From a virus: DNA of 64,000 nucleotides. The stretch spans positions 64,001 through 128,000 of the IMG/VR virus record IMGVR_UViG_3300017917_002441; one strand, written 5' to 3'. Both the position numbers and the translations under genes were made by a program. The notes beneath the pieces were generated by a model. That model saw nothing but the letters and a program-made list of their open reading frames with translations. It searched no databases and had not been told where the DNA came from. Shown in pieces: positions 19,506 through 29,371 of this stretch; positions within the stretch are counted from its first letter, which is position 1; every line of letters begins with the position of its first letter.

Positions 19506-20534
19506 ATGACTAACAAATTTGGTTTCTGTTGCAAGTGGATCGATGACCCCAGCGAATGCGCTGGTCGTAAACCCACTACCGAAAGCCGTGATCTCAACGG
19601 CCGTTCAACTACTATGCGCTGGCTTCGCGAACACCCAAACGAAGCCGAACAGCGTCAGTGGGACATCATGAATCACAATGCTCGTGCGGCTCTGCTTATG
19701 GTTGAACGGGTTGCCGCATTACCACCCGAGCGTAGAATGGTGCGGCTGGGCAGTGAAATGCTACAAGGCTACACACACGAAGACTGGATTCCATTTTGGC
19801 AACAAGCAGATGTGCAAGCTCATTGTGCGCGGATCTTTGCGCCAGTTGGTGCTCGTGCTAGAGAACTAGGCGTGCGCTTGGGTTTTCATCCCGGTCAGTT
19901 TTGTGTACTGGCAAGTGAAAGCGACGAAATTGTAGAACGCAGTATTCTTGAATTTGAATACCACGCCGACATGGCTCGCTGGATGGGCTATGGTAGCACA
20001 TGGCATGATCATGGTTTTATGATCAATGTCCACTTGTCGGGCAAAGGTGGCCCAGACAAATTTTTGCGGACTCTTGGTAAACTTAGCCCCGAGGCTCGCA
20101 ACCTCATAACTATAGAAAACGACGAGGTATCAAATGGTTTGGACGTTACTCTCTCTGTGGCTGATCATGTGGCTCTTGTGCTGGACATTCATCACCACTG
20201 GGTCAAGACCGGTGAGTACATCGACGCAGGAGATGCTCGTGTACAGCGTGTGGCTGAGTCTTGGCGTGACGCTCGCCCTGGCATGCATTATAGTGTTAGC
20301 CGCGAAGATCTTCTTGTTGGTCATGATACCGGAAATCGCCCAGATCTTGCTGGACTTCTTGATCGAGGTTTTAAAAAGCAACAACTCAGGGCACACAGCG
20401 ATTTCATGTGGAATTCGGCTGTGAACAAGTGGGCACTGACCTTTTGTGATCAATTTGACATTGAAGTCGAAGCCAAAGGTAAAAATTTAGCAACCGATGG
20501 GTTGCATCAACAATGGCTGGCAACACGTGCTTGA
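19506..20534 (+). CDS. uvsE: UV damage endonuclease UvdE/UvsE
   Basis: HPGQFCVL, IEND, LDIHHH, AHSD, EAK.K. Confidence 0.92.
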   Translation: MTNKFGFCCKWIDDPSECAGRKPTTESRDLNGRSTTMRWLREHPNEAEQRQWDIMNHNARAALLMVERVAALPPERRMVRLGSEMLQGYTHEDWIPFWQQADVQAHCARIFAPVGARARELGVRLGFHPGQFCVLASESDEIVERSILEFEYHADMARWMGYGSTWHDHGFMINVHLSGKGGPDKFLRTLGKLSPEARNLITIENDEVSNGLDVTLSVADHVALVLDIHHHWVKTGEYIDAGDARVQRVAESWRDARPGMHYSVSREDLLVGHDTGNRPDLAGLLDRGFKKQQLRAHSDFMWNSAVNKWALTFCDQFDIEVEAKGKNLATDGLHQQWLATRA

Positions 20535-20811
20535 TATTTTTGAAAACACATTTGAATGGATAAAAGATGACTGGAACTCTCATCCTTTCCGCTTTGTTAT
20601 CGAATTGCTTGCTTGGGCTATTAGTATTGGGTGCTCAATCACAATGGCTCTTACGGTCCCAAATCCACCTTTGCTTGTTCTTTATCCTATTTGGATTGCA
20701 GGTTGTGCTATGTACGCTTGGTCTGCTTATACTAGGAAATCATTTGGCATGCTGGCTAACTACATCTTGTTAACTACTATAGACACAGTTGGACTGATAC
20801 GCATGTTATAA
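20527..20811 (+). CDS. small 3-TM membrane protein
   Basis: Hydrophobic ORF, GTG start overlapping the uvsE end. Confidence 0.6.
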   Translation: MLDIFENTFEWIKDDWNSHPFRFVIELLAWAISIGCSITMALTVPNPPLLVLYPIWIAGCAMYAWSAYTRKSFGMLANYILLTTIDTVGLIRML

Positions 20812-20818
20812 AATAAAC

Positions 20819-20840
20819 GGCCCCGTAAGGGGCTTTTTAT
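20819..20840 (+). terminator. intrinsic terminator
   Basis: GGCCCC-GTAA-GGGGCT followed by T tract. Confidence 0.8.
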
Positions 20841-20857
20841 TTGGCGTAAATAAAGTC

Positions 20858-22909
20858 ATGCTAAAAAAATTACTGCTTTCACCATGGACAGCAACGGTAA
20901 CTCTTGTATTAATCTTGGCAGTTAGAACCGCAGATCCTGTTTTTGTTGAAAGTATTAGATTACGTTATTTTGACACACTGATCACTGCCAAAGAATCTAC
21001 AGTCAACAACATTGTTACTGTAAATATTGACGAAGCCAGTTTGGATCGTTATGGTCAATGGCCGTTGCCGAGAGCTGAATATGCCAAAATTGTTCGAGAT
21101 CTATACCAGAAGGGAGCAGGCCTTGTGGTACTTAATGTACTCATGCCAGAGCCAGACCGCACAGGTGGCGACAGTGCGTTGGGTCAAACTCTAAAGGAAT
21201 TCCCAGTAGTGCTGGGCAGTGCGCCTGCAAACAACACCAAAAACACTCCACGAGTACCTGGCTCAGCAGTGCTGAATCCCGAGTACCTAGATCAAATCAT
21301 ACAATATCCGGGGTTAATAGCCAACGTTCCGCAATTGGAACGCAATGCCGCTGGTGTTGGCGTCACAGGCACACTGCCCGAAGTCGACGGTGTTAATCGT
21401 CGCATGCCTTTGATTGTTGCAGTAGATGGCAAACTATATCCAGCTCTAAGCTTAGAAACTTTGCGTGTGGCAGCCAACGATTCAACCTTTCAAGTCAAGC
21501 TGTTTGAAGGCGGTGTTGAAAAAATGCGCATTCCACAGTTTGGTGTCATTGCAACGGATAGCCTAGGGCGTGTGTGGATTGACTGGAGTCAACAAAGTCA
21601 AAGCTACAGTCTAACCAATATACCAAACAATTTAAACGGAGCTATTGTAATAGTAGGCCCTACGGCCGCTGGAATAGGTAACCCGTTGCCAACTGCTCGT
21701 GGTGCTGTGTGGCCGCACGAAGTGCAAGCCGCAGTGATAGGCACCATGGTCAACGGCGTTGTTATACAACGTCCTGACTACGCAGACGGTGTAGAAATCA
21801 TAGCCCTGGCAGTGGCTAGTATATTACTGCTGTTTTTAACAAGGTGGACTTATGCGGGATTGGCTAGTGTTATTGTGTTGGTTTGTGGCTCCGTGGCTGG
21901 TAGTTGGTGGGCTTTTACTAATCATTTATGGTTATATGACGCTACTGCCTTTGCAGTTGGCACAGTCCTGGTCGCTTTGCATGCCTACGGAGTCAAATTT
22001 GTTTCAGAGTTCTTACAGAAACAACAAATAAAGAAACAGTTTGGCACATATCTCTCGCCCGCCATGGTTGAGAAGTTGCAGAAGAATCCTGAGCTATTAA
22101 CTTTGGGTGGCGAGTCAAGAGAGTTAAGTATCATGTTCACTGATGTGCGCGGGTTTACTTCGATATCTGAACACTATGGTCGAGACGTACAAGGTCTTAC
22201 TAAAATTATGAACCGGTACATGACTGCAATGACTGCCAAGATCATAGAAAACAACGGAACGTTAGACAAATACATTGGCGATGCACAAATGGCATTTTGG
22301 AACGCACCGCTAGACGATGCAGATCACGCAAAAAACGCAGTTCGAACAGCATTAGAAATGATGAGGAGCCTTGATGACTTTAATGCAGAAATTACTCAAG
22401 AAGGTGTGCCAGCCTTTGGTATGGGTCTTGGAATCAACACCGACACTGTTGTGGTGGGTAATATGGGATCTAGTCAGCGTTTTGACTATACTTGCCTTGG
22501 TGATGGCGTCAATTTGGCTAGCCGATTGGAGGGCCAGAGTAAGCCGTACGGTGTCCGAATTGTACTTGGTCCAAGGACTGCAGAATTGGTGCAGGAAGAA
22601 TACTACGTACTAGAACTAGACTGTATTGCTGTTAAAGGCAAAACACAAGGTGTACACATCTATACAGTGCTAGGGCACAACAATGATGTTGTTGCCGAAT
22701 CCAATGATAGACAGATGCACGAAGCAATGTTGGCATTGTATCGTCAGAAAAAGTTTGATACAGCTATAAAATTCTGTCAGGACTTGCGCGGAAGATTCAA
22801 CGGTGAAATGGATTACTACTACACTGCTTGGATTGAACGTTGTGAAGAAATGAAAAACACCCCTTTGCCCACAGACTGGGACGGGGTGTATCGTGCTACC
22901 AGCAAATAA
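20858..22909 (+). CDS. CHASE2-domain membrane class III adenylate cyclase
   Basis: N-terminal TM, CHASE2 (IDE.SL..YGQWP.PR, DGV.RR.PL), 3 TMs, FTDVRGFT, DKYIGDA, DYT..GD.VNLASRLEG with ATP-specifying K/D. Confidence 0.93.
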   Translation: MLKKLLLSPWTATVTLVLILAVRTADPVFVESIRLRYFDTLITAKESTVNNIVTVNIDEASLDRYGQWPLPRAEYAKIVRDLYQKGAGLVVLNVLMPEPDRTGGDSALGQTLKEFPVVLGSAPANNTKNTPRVPGSAVLNPEYLDQIIQYPGLIANVPQLERNAAGVGVTGTLPEVDGVNRRMPLIVAVDGKLYPALSLETLRVAANDSTFQVKLFEGGVEKMRIPQFGVIATDSLGRVWIDWSQQSQSYSLTNIPNNLNGAIVIVGPTAAGIGNPLPTARGAVWPHEVQAAVIGTMVNGVVIQRPDYADGVEIIALAVASILLLFLTRWTYAGLASVIVLVCGSVAGSWWAFTNHLWLYDATAFAVGTVLVALHAYGVKFVSEFLQKQQIKKQFGTYLSPAMVEKLQKNPELLTLGGESRELSIMFTDVRGFTSISEHYGRDVQGLTKIMNRYMTAMTAKIIENNGTLDKYIGDAQMAFWNAPLDDADHAKNAVRTALEMMRSLDDFNAEITQEGVPAFGMGLGINTDTVVVGNMGSSQRFDYTCLGDGVNLASRLEGQSKPYGVRIVLGPRTAELVQEEYYVLELDCIAVKGKTQGVHIYTVLGHNNDVVAESNDRQMHEAMLALYRQKKFDTAIKFCQDLRGRFNGEMDYYYTAWIERCEEMKNTPLPTDWDGVYRATSK

Positions 22910-22911
22910 AT

Positions 22912-23205
22912 TTACTGAGCCTTGTCAACAGATTTGTTGATTTTCTTGTCAGCTTCCATGCGTTCGCGTTCAATTTTATCGCCACGCAAATGCAAAGTCA
23001 CAGTGACCTTTTGATTGAGTCTGATCAAATCGTTATCCAACATACGAATACGATCGATCAAGGCAATTAATGTGGTGTTGGCTTCGCTCAACACTGGCTT
23101 GATTTCTGTTGTTGCCCACTTCCATACATAAAATATCAAGTAGCCCATGCCCCCGGCAGCTACTATAGGAAATCCATATTTGTTAACTAATTCTACAATG
23201 TCCAT
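22912..23205 (-). CDS. small membrane + coiled-coil protein, paralogue of 23694-23972
   Basis: LV..GFPI.AA...GY TM followed by heptads. Confidence 0.75.
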   Translation of the reverse strand: MDIVELVNKYGFPIVAAGGMGYLIFYVWKWATTEIKPVLSEANTTLIALIDRIRMLDNDLIRLNQKVTVTLHLRGDKIERERMEADKKINKSVDKAQ

Positions 23206-23208
23206 ACT

Positions 23209-23358
23209 TTACCCCAATAAAATTCCAACAACAACACCGATTGCAAACGCAACACTGGCAACATAAAACAAATCTCGGTCATGCCATAGAGGTTGATTTT
23301 TTAAATATATTTTGGTATGTTCAGGTAGACTGTTGTACCATTGGCTCCATTTGTCCAT
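23209..23358 (-). CDS. small C-terminally anchored membrane protein (not in ORF track)
   Basis: 49 aa MDKWSQWYNSLPEHTK...VAFAIGVVVGILLG. Confidence 0.6.
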   Translation of the reverse strand: MDKWSQWYNSLPEHTKIYLKNQPLWHDRDLFYVASVAFAIGVVVGILLG

Positions 23359-23503
23359 GTTGTAATCCTTGTTGTACTAATGCATTTAATTGGTCGGCGC
23401 ATCGTCTAATATCTTGCGACAGTTCTCCGTTACCAATGTCCTTTTCAACATCTCTTGCTACGTCATGCAGTTTAATTACGTCATCTACTAGTCTAAGAAT
23501 CAT
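23321..23503 (-). CDS. small helical hypothetical protein
   Basis: MILRLVDDVIKLHDVAR..., GAGG RBS. Confidence 0.55.
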   Translation of the reverse strand: MILRLVDDVIKLHDVARDVEKDIGNGELSQDIRRCADQLNALVQQGLQHGQMEPMVQQST

Positions 23504-23513
23504 GTGATGCCTC

Positions 23514-23693
23514 TCAATCAATTTTGTTAACAAACTTTTCAAACGCATCTAGCCGACGCAGCCAACGCTGGCCGTCAATCTCAACCAGCTGAAAAACGTC
23601 ACCGGGATTCCAAGTTAGTTTTGCAACATTGATCTCTTCGTCAAGTTTGATACCGTTGGGATACAAGTCCCAGTCATAATCAACGTACTTCAT
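23514..23693 (-). CDS. small hypothetical protein, AbrB-like (not in ORF track)
   Basis: 59 aa MKYVDYDWDL...W.PGDVF. Confidence 0.6.
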   Translation of the reverse strand: MKYVDYDWDLYPNGIKLDEEINVAKLTWNPGDVFQLVEIDGQRWLRRLDAFEKFVNKID

Positions 23694-23972
23694 TTAGTCC
23701 CTTCTAGCATCACTTTGTTCTGCTCGAGCAATACGATCTAAGTCAGGTTCTAGCCCTAGAGCATGCGATACTTTGGTGTCAATACGTACAACGTCGTGAT
23801 TCATGGCAGCCACACGTTTGTCTAATGCGCCAATAATACCGGCCATGCCTTTAACGCTGGAGGTAACTCCAGCAAGAATAAATTTCAGTGTTAGAAATAC
23901 AAAATAGCCGGCTGCAATAGCGGCTGCGATTGGAAAACCTAGTTCTGCAACTAGCTTGAAAAACTCACCCAT
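23694..23972 (-). CDS. small membrane + coiled-coil protein, paralogue of 22912-23205
   Basis: LVAELGFPIAAAIAAGYF TM; AGGAG RBS. Confidence 0.75.
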   Translation of the reverse strand: MGEFFKLVAELGFPIAAAIAAGYFVFLTLKFILAGVTSSVKGMAGIIGALDKRVAAMNHDVVRIDTKVSHALGLEPDLDRIARAEQSDARRD

Positions 23973-24017
23973 GTTGGCTCCTTGAAGGATATAATTTTAT
24001 TATGCAATTATTTATTA

Positions 24018-25109
24018 TTACCGCTGTATAATAGTGATCACTGTGGTTCCGCCGCGATTAATCTGCTGTGTTAATGGTGTACCGTCTTGCACAATGTTTA
24101 GCATAACATCAGCTTCAAGATCCACAGTTACTTGTGCAGTGTGTGTGGTTTGTTTGCGTAGCACTAGTTTGGTGTCGTCTTCGTTTTTTCCGTAAGTTAG
24201 CCCACTGGCAGCTGAGTACCCTGGCAACATTGTTTGTTCAGCTAATATAGCTTCTTGACTAGCAGACAACGTTTGGTTGGCCACGTCCAGCATGTTTGTT
24301 AAAAAATTAACGTCCAAGTAGTTGATATCTAGTTCAACAAATTTTCGAAGTTGGTCTTGGTCCAGTTCGTCATATTTTAAAAAATCTTGATTTAAAAAAT
24401 TTACATCTAATACAGTGCGTTGATCTGTGTTGTTGTCTTTTTCCGTGCTTTGCTTAATCTCAGGTGGCGGGCTAACAATCAATAAGTTGTTGATGTTAGC
24501 AGGGTCTACAGTTACTACCACAGGAGCGGTTGGCGGAGTTGACAAGCTGGCAACCAAAGTAGCTTGAAAAGGTTGGTCTAGTAATACAACCCCGGCATCA
24601 TTGCTGACCATAATAGCCCCAGTGACACAGGCTCGTGAATCACAGCTGGGCAATAGCATAACCAGGCTACGGCCCAGTTCGTCTACAGTCATTGAAAAAT
24701 CTGTACCACGCACTGCCACTGTAGCAGTGGGGGTCTGTACGTTGACATTTTGCGGTGAGTTTTTTGCTATCTGCCCTGATGCGTATCTAGCAGTGCCTTG
24801 TACCATTTTCATGGCCAATTTGCCAGATCCTTTTTTTGGATCATACACAAAGTCGTCTATCACCAACTTTGATTGTTCGGTAATTTTAACAGTGGTATTG
24901 TCGTCAAATGTGAGTTGAGCTTTTGCTCGAGCAGTTACCACAGTGTCGTTCATCTCCACGGCGGAATTTACATTACTCGATACAGACTTTTTGTTGCGTA
25001 TGATTTCAGTAGGGCCAGTTTGTTCTGTTACCCGGCCCACTGCCGCCCAATTAGTCTGACTGAATAATGCTAATATTATTGAGATTGCCAGTGCTGTTGA
25101 CCGTGACAC
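24018..25109 (-). CDS. secreted FecR-domain protein
   Basis: Signal peptide, F.D.T...ITE.S.L.ID.FVYDP, TPTAT..VRGT.F. Confidence 0.88.
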   Translation of the reverse strand: MSRSTALAISIILALFSQTNWAAVGRVTEQTGPTEIIRNKKSVSSNVNSAVEMNDTVVTARAKAQLTFDDNTTVKITEQSKLVIDDFVYDPKKGSGKLAMKMVQGTARYASGQIAKNSPQNVNVQTPTATVAVRGTDFSMTVDELGRSLVMLLPSCDSRACVTGAIMVSNDAGVVLLDQPFQATLVASLSTPPTAPVVVTVDPANINNLLIVSPPPEIKQSTEKDNNTDQRTVLDVNFLNQDFLKYDELDQDQLRKFVELDINYLDVNFLTNMLDVANQTLSASQEAILAEQTMLPGYSAASGLTYGKNEDDTKLVLRKQTTHTAQVTVDLEADVMLNIVQDGTPLTQQINRGGTTVITIIQR

Positions 25110-25674
25110 TCTTGTTTAACATTCCACTTTGTGTTACTGCTACAGTGTTGGTATTGCCAGTCACTGTGATATCTGCTGAAGTTGTGCCAGTAGCAGTGCT
25201 GGTATGAGTCACAGTGTTAGTGTCCCCCGCAACAGTGATGTTACTGGTGTGATTTGCGCCAGCACCTAGAGTCTGTGTTATGGTGTTGTTGTCACCGTTC
25301 ACAGTTTGTGTGATAGTACTACCGCCGCAGGTTGATGACACTGTGCTACCACATGTGATTTCCTGAGTGTTGGTACTGCCAATGGTTGCAACAGCCACAG
25401 TTGTAGCCGCACCGTTTACCACCATGTTCAACACATTGTTGCTACCAATTTGATCTATAGTAACAGTGTTTGCACCTGACCCAATGTATGCTGGATTCAA
25501 ACTTGATCCAACTCGATTATCACTACCGTCTTGGGTAATGGTAATAGTACTGCCGCTGCCAATTTGTTCAACATAAACTTCGTTGGCATGCCCCGGCATT
25601 ATCATCGCAGACAATGCTAGAATTGCAAGTATTTTTTTCGACAACTTGCCAGCGCCTGTTCTTCCTTTTTTCAT
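25051..25674 (-). CDS. curlin-like (CsgA/B-type) repeat protein
   Basis: Signal peptide; repeats of N-x-I/V-x-I/V-x-Q-x-G-x-x-N; G/T/N/S-rich. Confidence 0.7.
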   Translation of the reverse strand: MKKGRTGAGKLSKKILAILALSAMIMPGHANEVYVEQIGSGSTITITQDGSDNRVGSSLNPAYIGSGANTVTIDQIGSNNVLNMVVNGAATTVAVATIGSTNTQEITCGSTVSSTCGGSTITQTVNGDNNTITQTLGAGANHTSNITVAGDTNTVTHTSTATGTTSADITVTGNTNTVAVTQSGMLNKSVTVNSTGNLNNISIIQSD

Positions 25675-25676
25675 TT

Positions 25677-26456
25677 TTATTGTTTTCCTCGGAATCTCCA
25701 GAGCCCTCTTTTCTCACCCTCAACAATCATTTCGTAAACACCTTGTTCAATGGCTACACGAACTGCATAGTTTGTGGGTTCATTCAATGCGGCACCGCTT
25801 TCTAACTCAACACTGTTGGTGCTTTGATCAACAAAGCGCAACACGCCGACATTGTGTGCAGTGCTATAGATAGTCTTGGAAACAGCGTTGGTCAGTAAAA
25901 CTTCGCCCGAGTTAACGCTGATTAATCTTAAACTGATTACAACTTCATCAACTCGATACTGTTGGCTCCCACCGATTCCCAAAAATCTAGCACCATTACC
26001 ACCGGATCGTATATTGCTATCGTATCCAATAATGCCTCCTTCTATCATGATACCAGCCACTGTGAGTGGCTTCAAGGGCTTGGCATCTTTGCCCTCGTAA
26101 ACTTCACGCTGGTTGCGTATAAGTTGACGTTCTTTGACCAAGTTGTCTAATCCCACACGTTCAACAACTCGAAACCAATTTTTACTATCTTGTAAACTCT
26201 TTATTAGATACACTTCGGCGCCCTGAGTAACTGCTTTACTAAACAGTGCCAGTTTATCATTGGGTTTCATTTGTCCGGTTTTGTCTGCAAACCCATACAC
26301 AGCTATGGTCATGGGAGGACCGTCTAGTGCAGGCAAATTGTTCAGCAAGTTCTCACGTGGTTGCAAGGCCACCGGTTCTTCTCGAGCCAATTCCATGTGT
26401 ATATTGGCACAGCCACTCAGCGTTAACAAAACAATAATAGCGATTAGGTACTTCAT
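25677..26456 (-). CDS. csgG: curli secretion channel CsgG lipoprotein
   Basis: Lipobox LSGC, AVY.F.D.TGQ, S.AVTQG, WF.VVER.GL.NL..ERQ.IR, EGGIIGYD. Confidence 0.93.
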   Translation of the reverse strand: MKYLIAIIVLLTLSGCANIHMELAREEPVALQPRENLLNNLPALDGPPMTIAVYGFADKTGQMKPNDKLALFSKAVTQGAEVYLIKSLQDSKNWFRVVERVGLDNLVKERQLIRNQREVYEGKDAKPLKPLTVAGIMIEGGIIGYDSNIRSGGNGARFLGIGGSQQYRVDEVVISLRLISVNSGEVLLTNAVSKTIYSTAHNVGVLRFVDQSTNSVELESGAALNEPTNYAVRVAIEQGVYEMIVEGEKRGLWRFRGKQ

Positions 26457-26902
26457 TAGAATGCAAAGCTCGCTATTGGAACAGTAATGTCAGTTCTATT
26501 ACCGTTGGACTCTATTATGGTTAGAGTAACATCTGCGCCAGTCTTGACCCAACTTATATTTGTTCCTTGAAAGTCTAAGTTGCCAGATGTGGCACCGCCA
26601 TCGGCAAACATTGCGTCTGCCAGTTGTTTGGATAATTGTGCGTAGATACGTGATTCAACGTTGACTAAGAACTTGGCCAAGTTAGTATTCTTGGCATCAC
26701 GTTCGGCCTTGTCGGCCAAGGCCTTGGCTTCGTCTCGGAGTTTTTGTTTGCGTTGGTTTTCCAACTGCTCGATTGTCAGGACGTGGCTACTATACCCTTG
26801 TCCTGAGAAGGCTGGCGAGTTGAACTGATGCACCAGTTCGGTGGCGTGGCTCCGGCCGATAATTACTACTGCCAGGGCGCCTGCGATTATAATTTTATTC
26901 AT
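26456..26902 (-). CDS. csgF: curli assembly factor CsgF
   Basis: Signal peptide, mature N-terminus TELVHQFNSPAFSG, LESRI-like VESRIYAQLS. Confidence 0.8.
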   Translation of the reverse strand: MNKIIIAGALAVVIIGRSHATELVHQFNSPAFSGQGYSSHVLTIEQLENQRKQKLRDEAKALADKAERDAKNTNLAKFLVNVESRIYAQLSKQLADAMFADGGATSGNLDFQGTNISWVKTGADVTLTIIESNGNRTDITVPIASFAF

Positions 26903-26983
26903 GACAATCCCCGTGCTTAGTATTTACACGGGGATGGTCAATTTAAATGTAGCTAGATTTTCTTGTTCTAGAACAAAAAGTTT

Positions 26984-27238
26984 TTACTTTTTTGGTTTTG
27001 TGGTCTTGTTAGCTCCAGAGCTAACAGTCTTTTTTGGTTGTGGCTTTCGTGTTGGCTTGTTGCCTGTGGCCACAGGATCAACTGGCTTCTTGGCTGGTTG
27101 CTTGCGACTGTTCACAACAGGCTTTACAGGATTGACCACTGGCGTTTCTGCCACCGGCGGCACTGGTGCTTCGATCTTGTAAGGCGCCGCTGGTTCGGCC
27201 TGTTTGATACCAAAAAGGTTTGTGATGAATTTTAACAT
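26984..27238 (-). CDS. Pro/Lys-rich small protein
   Basis: 84 aa, AGGAG RBS. Confidence 0.65.
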   Translation of the reverse strand: MLKFITNLFGIKQAEPAAPYKIEAPVPPVAETPVVNPVKPVVNSRKQPAKKPVDPVATGNKPTRKPQPKKTVSSGANKTTKPKK

Positions 27239-27295
27239 GAGTTATCTCCTTAGGAAATTATTTAACCATAATTTTGGTTTTGGCAGAATTTGTTT

Positions 27296-27325
27296 ATGTG
27301 CGGCCGCAACATTTTTAGCTAAATA
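27296..27325 (+). promoter_or_regulatory. PhaR-like box + late-type promoter
   Basis: ATGTGCGGCCGCAACAT, then TAAATA starting 8 nt after the box end. Confidence 0.45.
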
Positions 27326-27383
27326 TATCAGTAGAAACCATGAGTCGCTACACACATTATAAATTACTCACAAGGAAATCATC

Positions 27384-27512
27384 ATGAAATTTATCAATAA
27401 CATAACCTCAGCATTTGCATCTATGTTAGAAAGCTTACATACAGCTAGACAAGCAACAGCGTTGACCAGACTAGGCAAGTGGCAACAAGCCCAAGCACTG
27501 TACAAAAACTAA
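27384..27512 (+). CDS. 42-aa helical protein (not in ORF track)
   Basis: MKFINNITSAFASMLESLHTARQA..., AAGGA RBS. Confidence 0.6.
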   Translation: MKFINNITSAFASMLESLHTARQATALTRLGKWQQAQALYKN

Positions 27513-27515
27513 AAA

Positions 27516-28061
27516 ATGATAGCAACGACATTTCTCCACCAAGATGACTACCACTTGTACGGCTCGTGGTTAAAACAGCAAGATATAGAAACATTGCAAC
27601 TATATTTTGGAGTCACAGTTACCACAGGATACATTGATCGGTTAATGGAACGTATTACTCGAGATCCTGAAAAACACCGATTTTTAGTGGCATTTAATCA
27701 CGATAGATGGCTTGGAGTGGTACATATAGCTGATACACCTGATTTAGGGGCAGAGTTTGGATTCATTGTAAGCAAGAGCTTTCGTGGCCAAGGGATTGGG
27801 GATCGTCTAATGGACGAAGCTACTACTTGGTGCAGAAATCGCAGATATCAACGATTGTATTTGCACTGTTTGAGTTGGAATGAACCCATTAAAAAATTGT
27901 GTCGCAAGCACGGTTTAGAAATACATCGTAACAATGGAGATTCAGAAGTTGAAGTTGATTTACCGCCCCCTAGTTTTTTTAGTATTGGCAAAGAAATTTC
28001 TTCAGTTCAACGCAACTTGTTTACTATGATGTTAGATCGCACATTGAACCCAACGCAATAA
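27516..28061 (+). CDS. GNAT acetyltransferase
   Basis: V...FRGQGIG acetyl-CoA motif, N..I..L..KHG. Confidence 0.88.
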   Translation: MIATTFLHQDDYHLYGSWLKQQDIETLQLYFGVTVTTGYIDRLMERITRDPEKHRFLVAFNHDRWLGVVHIADTPDLGAEFGFIVSKSFRGQGIGDRLMDEATTWCRNRRYQRLYLHCLSWNEPIKKLCRKHGLEIHRNNGDSEVEVDLPPPSFFSIGKEISSVQRNLFTMMLDRTLNPTQ

Positions 28062-28062
28062 A

Positions 28063-28647
28063 ATGATAGTTTACATACACGGCGCCAGTGCTACTGCTGA
28101 AAGCTTTACGCATATCAGGCAATATGTCAGGGATACGTTTGAAGAACCTGACATCATGCTTGAATACAAAAGCGACGACGGCTTTGCCCATAATCTTGCT
28201 GAAATGAAAGGCAAGCTTGATGGCGAAGAAAGATTGTTTTTTATCAGTCACAGTCTAGGTGGTATCTATGCTTTGTATTTGGCCAATCATTATCAAGAAA
28301 CAACACACGGGGGAGTTAGTTTAAGTACTCCATACGGTGGAAGCAAGGAAGCAGATTTTGCTCGTTATTTCCTGCCGTTCAATAGACTCATGAAAGACAT
28401 TGGTTCAACGAGTCATCCAATGCGAGTAGCACGTGAATTACCTGCACCTCCAAATTGGACACAAATTATTTCAACTGTGGGACAAAGTCCTTGGATACGT
28501 GATGACAATGACGGTGTGGTTACACTGGACAGCATGCGATTCCGCAAAGACTTTGAGCAGATAGAAGTTCCTTTAAATCATTATGAAGTTGTTATTAGTG
28601 ATCGAGTGGTTGAGATAATCTTAGATAGGATTAAAAGATCATTATGA
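28063..28647 (+). CDS. alpha/beta hydrolase (lipase/esterase-like)
   Basis: HG, SHSLGG nucleophile elbow, TPYGGS, NDGVV, NH. Confidence 0.85.
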   Translation: MIVYIHGASATAESFTHIRQYVRDTFEEPDIMLEYKSDDGFAHNLAEMKGKLDGEERLFFISHSLGGIYALYLANHYQETTHGGVSLSTPYGGSKEADFARYFLPFNRLMKDIGSTSHPMRVARELPAPPNWTQIISTVGQSPWIRDDNDGVVTLDSMRFRKDFEQIEVPLNHYEVVISDRVVEIILDRIKRSL

Positions 28648-29354
28648 TAGAACTAATATACACCTTGGTTATGGTACAAATTACCATTGCCTGCGTTACA
28701 CTGTATTTGCATCGCAGTCAGGCACATCGCGCTGTGCAGTTTCACCCGGCAGTAGCACACTTTATGCGAGCTTGGCTGTGGATGACCACAGGCATGGTTA
28801 CTCGACAGTGGGTCGCTATACATCGTCAGCATCATCAAGCGTCAGATACGCCACTGGACCCGCACAGTCCACAAGTTTATGGCATTTGGCGTGTGCTATT
28901 TGGCGGAGCATTTTTGTATCATCAAGCCAGTAAAAATAAAGCCATGATTGATCGTTTGGGCATGGGCACGCCGGATGACTGGGTAGAGCGCAATGTTTAC
29001 TCAACACACAGTAGACTGGGCATTGTGCTGATGTTGTTGATCAATGTGTTGTTGTTTGGCTGGTGGGGATTTGTAATTTGGGGCATACAAATGATCTGGA
29101 TTCCGTTTTGGGCCGCTGGTGTAGTCAATGGACTGTGTCACTGGTGGGGGTATAGAAATAACGAAACTCAAGACACCAGCAGAAATCTGTGGCCTTGGGC
29201 CGTATGGATCGGCGGCGAAGAATTGCACAATGGGCATCACGCCGATGGTGCCAATCCCAAATTTAGCCAAAAATGGTGGGAATTTGATATTGGGTGGGCG
29301 TACATACAAATACTACGCAGTTTGGGATTGGCAAAATTGAGAACCCCGCAATAA
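28644..29354 (+). CDS. membrane fatty-acid (delta-9 type) desaturase
   Basis: His boxes HRSQAH, HRQHH, HNGHH; DPHSP; WEFD. Confidence 0.93.
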   Translation: MIELIYTLVMVQITIACVTLYLHRSQAHRAVQFHPAVAHFMRAWLWMTTGMVTRQWVAIHRQHHQASDTPLDPHSPQVYGIWRVLFGGAFLYHQASKNKAMIDRLGMGTPDDWVERNVYSTHSRLGIVLMLLINVLLFGWWGFVIWGIQMIWIPFWAAGVVNGLCHWWGYRNNETQDTSRNLWPWAVWIGGEELHNGHHADGANPKFSQKWWEFDIGWAYIQILRSLGLAKLRTPQ

Positions 29355-29371
29355 TCAAACTGGCTAGGAAA

